Of a stretch of DNA of 64,000 bases, positions 58,236 to 64,000 are shown piece after piece (within the stretch, counting starts at the first letter, position 1; each line of letters starts with the position of its first letter). The notes beneath the pieces are model-generated. The model was not told the origin of the DNA. It searched no databases and worked only from the letters and a program-made list of their open reading frames with translations. The stretch lies in contig MCFH01000034.1 in NCBI GenBank assembly GCA_002104945.1, positions 527,531 through 591,530 of the forward strand, written 5' to 3'. The stretch comes from Piromyces finnis finn (Eukaryota; Fungi; Neocallimastigomycota). Position numbers and translations under genes: made by a program.

Positions 58236-58734
58236 TTTCCTTAGCATACATAAGGCTTCTGGTTCGACCCCGCAGATGTCAGTGCCTGTGGATTTTCCCA
58301 CTGGGTTTGCCATGGGTTGGGTTATGATATTCAGGTAAGTATAAATGAACTTTCTAATTTACTACTATGATAATAACACTCGTCTAGCCGGCCTGAGAGG
58401 GTCTAGTGTACATGGTACATTCCAAATTAGAACTTAATAAGTGGTGACTTAGGCTATGCCAAAAACACATAATATTCCTTAATCAATTTAAGTGTAAACA
58501 TTAGGGGGCGGTTGACACGTGATCAAATTGAATATAAGAGGCTTAGCATTGTAGTTGTGAAATATCGTACAACGACATGCATCTAATGTACATGGATTAA
58601 GTGAGCGTCGAAGCTGAAGAAACAGTATGACAGACCAGGAGGGTCACAACTACCTAGCAATAGGAATGAGCCAACGTTTCTCTAAGAACCACCATTGGAG
58701 CTAACTCTGATCGATGGGAGAAATGCACTCGGAA

Positions 58735-58764
<30 letters not shown>
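58236..58764 (+). mobile_element. 5'-truncated second copy of the tRNA-derived SINE with poly(A) tail
   Basis: Reverse complement of 6591-7092 with two substitutions seen by eye, lacking the first ~33 nt. Ends ...cactcggaagtt(A)n. Possible low-complexity TSD aaatataaatataa at 58222-58235 and 58762-58775. Confidence 0.92.
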
Positions 58765-58769
<5 letters not shown>

Positions 58770-58799
58770 ATATAAAATATAAAATAAAATAAAATAATT

Positions 58800-59095
58800 A
58801 TTTAAGTTGCACAAAAGTTCAATGAACTCTGCAATTTGTACTGTGTGGGATCGGTCCCTACCTAATAAATTAAATGAAATAAAAAAAAGAAGTAGCATCA
58901 GGTATGATAGTGTGGTGCCCACTAAACTCTCCCATAAGTTCATAATGTTTTCATTCAAAGAAATACTAACATTGAACCCTGTGTACACTGAGAATATTCC
59001 TTTGACATATCGGTACAACGTCGTCGCTCTTGATTTCGTTAGGTGTCTTACTAAACCTATTTGTGTTCATCTAAACATATTTTTTTTTTAATTTT
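58800..59095 (+). other. Unassigned GC-enriched ~300-bp segment ending in LINE-3'UTR-like sequence (probable retroelement remnant)
   Basis: Its end atttgtgttcatctaaacatatttttttt resembles the LINE 3'UTR atttgtgtttatttaaacatatttttttt. It abuts LINE copy 1 tail to tail. Confidence 0.5.
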
Positions 59096-61741
59096 TAAAG
59101 CCACTGCTATTATACTAAAATATAATAATTGTATTTGACTTCCAATGGGACACCAAGCCAAAGATCAAAATTTTATCATGGGACAAAATTATGATCTCCA
59201 TTGGTTGCGCTGGCCCTCCTGGCCTGTCTTACTGTTTCTTCAGCATTGACGCTCTTGGATGTTGCTTCAAACCTTTTGAACATTGACCATTGCTGGCCAA
59301 TAGCAAAAGGCATGATTTTGGTTAGAAGTTCCGCGGTTACCGTCAAGAATGGTGCTCCTTCATTAGTACCAGATTGAATCTGACGCTTACAAAGTTCTTT
59401 CCATTCCCTTGAATTGTAATTAATATTGTTAAAACTTCTTCCCCCAAGAAGGAATTTAAATATTTTACTGCACACACTAGAATAATCATACACATTAATA
59501 TTCACCGGATTATTAGAACTATTACTATCATTAACTAAATTACTATCTAAATTAGAATTATTATCTTCACTATTGCTATCATTATTAATATTATTATTAC
59601 TATTACTACTATTGTTATTATTACTATTTCTATTATTACTATTACTACTATTGTTATTATTACTATTTCTATTATTACTATTACTACTATTGTTATTATT
59701 ACTATTGTTATTATTATTATTGTTACTATTACTATTAATGTTATTACTATCAATTTCATTATTATTGATAGGACTATTGGAATTACGTTGACTGAAAAAA
59801 TTTAATAGCTGGACTATGGAATCATAATGTTTAATACGGATATCTCTAAATGTTGGACAATCTAATAACCAATGTTTAATACTTTGATCTCCACACTTGC
59901 AACATGGACAGTAGTTAGGACAAACTGGATCAACAAATTTAGCGGCTTTTGCAACTCTAGCATCCAACTTATATCCGCTTCTTGCTTTCAATAGCCAGTA
60001 GAAGCCATAGGCAAACTCTGGGTACTCATAACATAATTTAATAAAATCTTTAGTTTCAATAAATTTATTATCATCATAATATTGCGCTTTGATTGAATTC
60101 CCTTTGAGATCTTTCCAATAAAAGTTTTTAACTGCTTTAACATCTCCATGTTTCTTTAATTTTTTATCAAGTGTCCTACTTGATTTGCACCACGTGTATT
60201 TTCTAAATTTAGGAATGTAATTGACAAGGTGTGAGATAATACAATTTGAGTTTTTCCATTTGTTAAAACATCTAACCTGAGCTAACGCACATTTGGCTGA
60301 CAATGGAGGAATATTCAAATCTTTTGAGATAGAGTATAAAGATATAAACGATACAGCTTTATGAACTCCGGCAACCCATCGTATTCCTTTGTTAACATGC
60401 TTCTGAGCAATCCTAGACCTAGCTTTGTTGGATCCAAGTAATGGTGCAAAGTATGAAACTCTGCTAATCACTTGAGAGTTAAGTACTAGTTTTTTGAAAG
60501 GAATAGGAATATTAGGATTTCTTAAGAATTTACTGACTGAGAAAAGTCCTTTCAAAACCTTGTTATTAAGAACTTTAATTACTGGTTTAAGGGACAGATT
60601 CTTATCAAATGGAACACCAAGATAAGTGTAGCAGTCAGTAGTTGGAATGGGTTGTCCTGCTAAGTAAAATGTTGGATCTCTCTTGTTCTGATTTTCTATT
60701 GATTCAGGACGAATCACCATCGTTGAACATTTCTGGATACCAAATTCCATTTCATTATACAAGGCCCATTCATTAACTCTTCTAAGCATCTTTTTTAAGC
60801 ATCCTCTTGTTGGAGCACAAATAACTATATCATCTGCAAAAAGTCCACCACAGCATCGAGTGTCACCTAAACTGACTCCGAGATCTTCGCACTCTTTAAA
60901 TATATCATTAATAAAGAGATTAAAAAGAATAGGCGAAAGTGGGCAACCTTGACGGACTCCTTTCTTCACATCAAAAGATTTTGAGAATTGTCCATCTAAT
61001 TTGACATTAGCCTTAGATGTTAAATATAAATTTTTGATAAATTGTAGACTCTTACCTCGGATTCCTAAACAATCTAATTTATGGAGAATATTACCGATTG
61101 GGACTGAATCGTATGCTTTCCTGAGATCTAAAAAGGCCAAATATGTCTCTTTATTATCTAATTGACGTCTACGGCATATTTCTTGGATTGAAATGAAAAG
61201 ACTGATACTTTCTTCCTTTTTTCGAAAACCAAATTGTTCAGGTCTAATGAAATTATTCTTTAGACCATATTCTGAGATTCTAGTGGTGACAATTTTGGAG
61301 ATCAACTTAATACCATTATTGATAAGTGATATACCTCGATAGTTATCACAATCTGTCAAATCTCCCTTCTTAGGAATAGAAACAATACTGGATTCATTCC
61401 ATGAGTTGGGGAAATCTCCATCCCAAATACGGTTAAATAATTTAAGAATAAAATTTAAACCATGAGCATCATTATCTGAAGTAGTATTACCGCCGGAAGA
61501 ATTATTACCTGTAGCATTATTAGAATCATTACTTGATGGAATTAATGCTTTGTAAAATTCAATTGGAATACCATCCGGACCTGATGCTTTATAATTTGGA
61601 GTAGAGAGGATAGCTGACTTGACTTCATCAATACTAATATCTTGGTTGATATCCCACTCATCAAGCATAGGAAGTGAAAAACGTTTATTCATTGGTTCTT
61701 CATACCAATGTTCCAAATCAAGACTTACACCACTTGGATCT
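59096..61741 (-). mobile_element. 5'-truncated non-LTR retrotransposon (LINE), copy 1: intact RT and C-terminal zinc knuckle, ORF stop at 59176
   Basis: KASGPDGIP, NYRGISL, EQFGFR, AFLDLRKAYDSV, GVRQGCPLSPILFNLFI, LFADD, YTYLGV, CPCCKCGDQSIKHWLLDC. No endonuclease is included. The 3'UTR breaks off after ~80 bp. Confidence 0.95.
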
Positions 61742-61890
61742 AGCATCCTCTTGTTGGAGCACAAATAACTATATCATCTGCAAAAAGTCCACCACAGCAT
61801 CGAGTGTCACCTAAACTGACTCCGAGATCTTCACACTCTTTAAATATATCATTAATAAAGAGATTAAAGAGAATAGGAGAAAGCGGGCAA

Positions 61891-61892
<2 letters not shown>
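61742..61892 (-). mobile_element. 151-bp internal RT fragment of a third LINE copy (GCP..TRGC region)
   Basis: Homologous to 60798-60948 (4 differences) and 63743-63893 (1 difference). Lies between the poly(A) of copy 2 and the 5' end of copy 1. Confidence 0.9.
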
Positions 61893-61933
<41 letters not shown>

Positions 61934-64000
61934 GGCATCAAATATTTTAAACTTTATTATTAATTTAATTAAAATTATAATACATGTAATAAAAAATTAA
62001 AAATAAATAAAAATAAAAAAAATATGTTTAAATAAACACAAATGAATAAAAATTGGGTATAATGTATTCTAGTAATTTTAATTAAAGTAAGAAAGCCACT
62101 ATCATACTAAAGTATAATAATTGTATTTGACTTCCAATGGGACACCGAGCCAAAGATCAAAATTTTATCATGGGACAAAATTATGATCTCCATTGGTTGC
62201 GCTGGCCCTCCTGGCCTGTCTTACTGTTTCTTCAGCATTGACGCTCTTGGATGTTGCTTCAAACCTTTTGAACATTGACCATTGCTGGCCAATAGCAAAA
62301 GGCATGATTTTGGTTAGAAGTTCCGCGGTTACCATCAAGAATGGTGTTCCTTCATTAGTACCAGATTGAATCTGACGCTTACAAAGTTCTTTCCATTCCC
62401 TTGAATTGTAATTGATATTGTTAAAACTTCTTCCCCCAAGAAGGAATTTAAATATTTTACTGCACACACTAGAATAATCATACACATTAATATTCACCGG
62501 ATTATTAGAACTATTACTATCATTAACTAAATTACTATCTAAATTAGAATTATTATCTTCACTATTGCTATCATTACTAATATTATTATTTCTATTACTA
62601 CTATTGTTATTATTACTATTGTTACTATTACTATTGTTATTATTACTATTGTTACTATTACTATTAATATTATTACTATCTCTACTGATATTATCAATTT
62701 CATTATTATTGATAGGACTATTGGAATTACGTTGACTGAAAAAATTTAATAGCTGGACTATGGAATCATAATGTTTAATACGGATATCTCTAAATGTTGG
62801 ACAATCTAATAACCAATGTTTAATACTTTGATCTCCACACTTGCAACATGGACAGTAGTTAGGACAAACTGGATCAACAAATTTGGCAGCTTTGGCAACT
62901 CTAGCATCCAACTTGTATCCGCTTCTTGCTTTCAATAGCCAGTAGAAGCCATAGGCAAACTCTGGGTACTCATAACATAATTTAATAAAATCTTTAGTAT
63001 CAATAAACTTATTATCATCATAATATTGCGCTTTGATTGAATTCCCTTTGAGATCTTTCCAATAAAAGTTTTTAACTGCTTTAACATCTCCATGTTTCTT
63101 TAGTTTTTTATCAAGTGTCCTACTTGATTTGCACCACGTGTATTTTCTAAATTTAGGAATGTAATTGACAAGGTATGAGATAATACAATTTGAGTTTTTC
63201 CATTTGTTAAAACATCTAACCTGAGCTAACGCACATTTGGCTGACAATGGAGGAATATTCAAATCTTTTGAAATAGAGTATAAAGATATAAACGATACAG
63301 CTTTATGAACTCCGGCAACCCATCGTATTCCTTTGTTAACATGCTTCTGTGCAATTCTAGACCTGGCTTTGTTGGATCCAAGTAATGGTGCAAAGTATGA
63401 AACTCTGCTAATCACTTGTGAGTTAAGTACTAGCTTTTTGAAGGGAATAGGAATATTAGGATTTCTTAAGAATTTACTGACTGAAAAAAGCCCTTTCAAA
63501 ACCTTGTTATTAAGAGCTTTAATAACTGGTTTAAGGGACAGATTCTTATCAAATGGAACACCAAGATAAGTATAACAATCAGTAGTTGGAATGGGTTGTC
63601 CTGCTAAGTAAAATGTTGGATCTCTCTTGTTCTGATTTTCTATTGATTCAGGACGAATCACCATCGTTGAACATTTCTGGATACCAAATTCCATTTCATT
63701 ATACAAGGCCCATTCATTAACTCTTCTAAGCATCTTTTTTAAGCATCCTCTTGTTGGAGCACAAATAACTATATCATCTGCAAAAAGTCCACCACAGCAT
63801 CGAGTGTCACCTAAACTGACTCCGAGATCTTCACACTCTTTAAATATATCATTAATAAAGAGATTAAAGAGAATAGGAGAAAGAGGGCAACCTTGACGGA
63901 CTCCTTTCTTCACATCAAAAGATTTCGAGAATTGTCCATCTAATTTGACATTAGCCTTAGATGTTAAATATAAATTTTTGATGAATTGTAAACTCTTACC
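61893..64000 (-). mobile_element. LINE copy 2: ORF stop at 62168, ~240-bp 3'UTR and 38-nt poly(A); 5' part runs out of the window
   Basis: Same RT/zinc-knuckle ORF as copy 1 with 5 amino-acid differences outside the N-rich tract. 3' end ...gatgccgtt(A)38, seen as a T-run at 61893-61930. Confidence 0.95.

Noticed and set aside
58385-58402. TAGCCGGCCTGAGAGGGT in the SINE body resembles a conserved bacterial 16S rRNA stretch
   Set aside because: Only 18 nt, and the flanks do not continue into rRNA sequence; probably coincidence.
58613-58740. CTGAAGA as a hammerhead core, or an HDV-like fold in the SINE tail
   Set aside because: No stem II followed by a correctly placed GAAA, and I could not build P1/P3/P1.1 for an HDV fold.
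61745-61764. N-terminus MCSNKRM of the 862-aa ORF as a real start
   Set aside because: It is an out-of-frame reading of the fused RT fragment; copy 1 is 5'-truncated.

Overview
Very AT-rich eukaryotic DNA with short spliceosomal introns, a fungal-type gene set and a flagellar SAXO gene. I infer an anaerobic gut fungus (Neocallimastigomycota). There are 11 protein-coding genes: ankyrin-repeat protein, YCH1/Ibp1-like phosphatase, a 2250-aa Cid13/CutA-like RNA nucleotidyltransferase, SAXO/FAM154, GPI8, SFR1, AsnRS, EAF1, a Chk2-like FHA kinase, BUD13, and a >3300-aa protein with 21 tandem TRAF-type zinc fingers. An ~8-kb gene-free tract carries microsatellites, and a retroelement cluster sits at the right end. 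The most notable system is an apparent SINE-LINE pair. A tRNA-headed, poly(A)-tailed ~535-nt SINE is present twice (full length with a 13-bp TSD at 6.6-7.1 kb; 5'-truncated at 58.2-58.7 kb). It shares a 44-nt segment with the 3' end of the RT ORF of a non-LTR retrotransposon, and the differences fit a conserved two-hairpin RNA structure. The LINE occurs as a head-to-tail chimeric array. All exon models, counts and alignments were made by eye; no searches were run.
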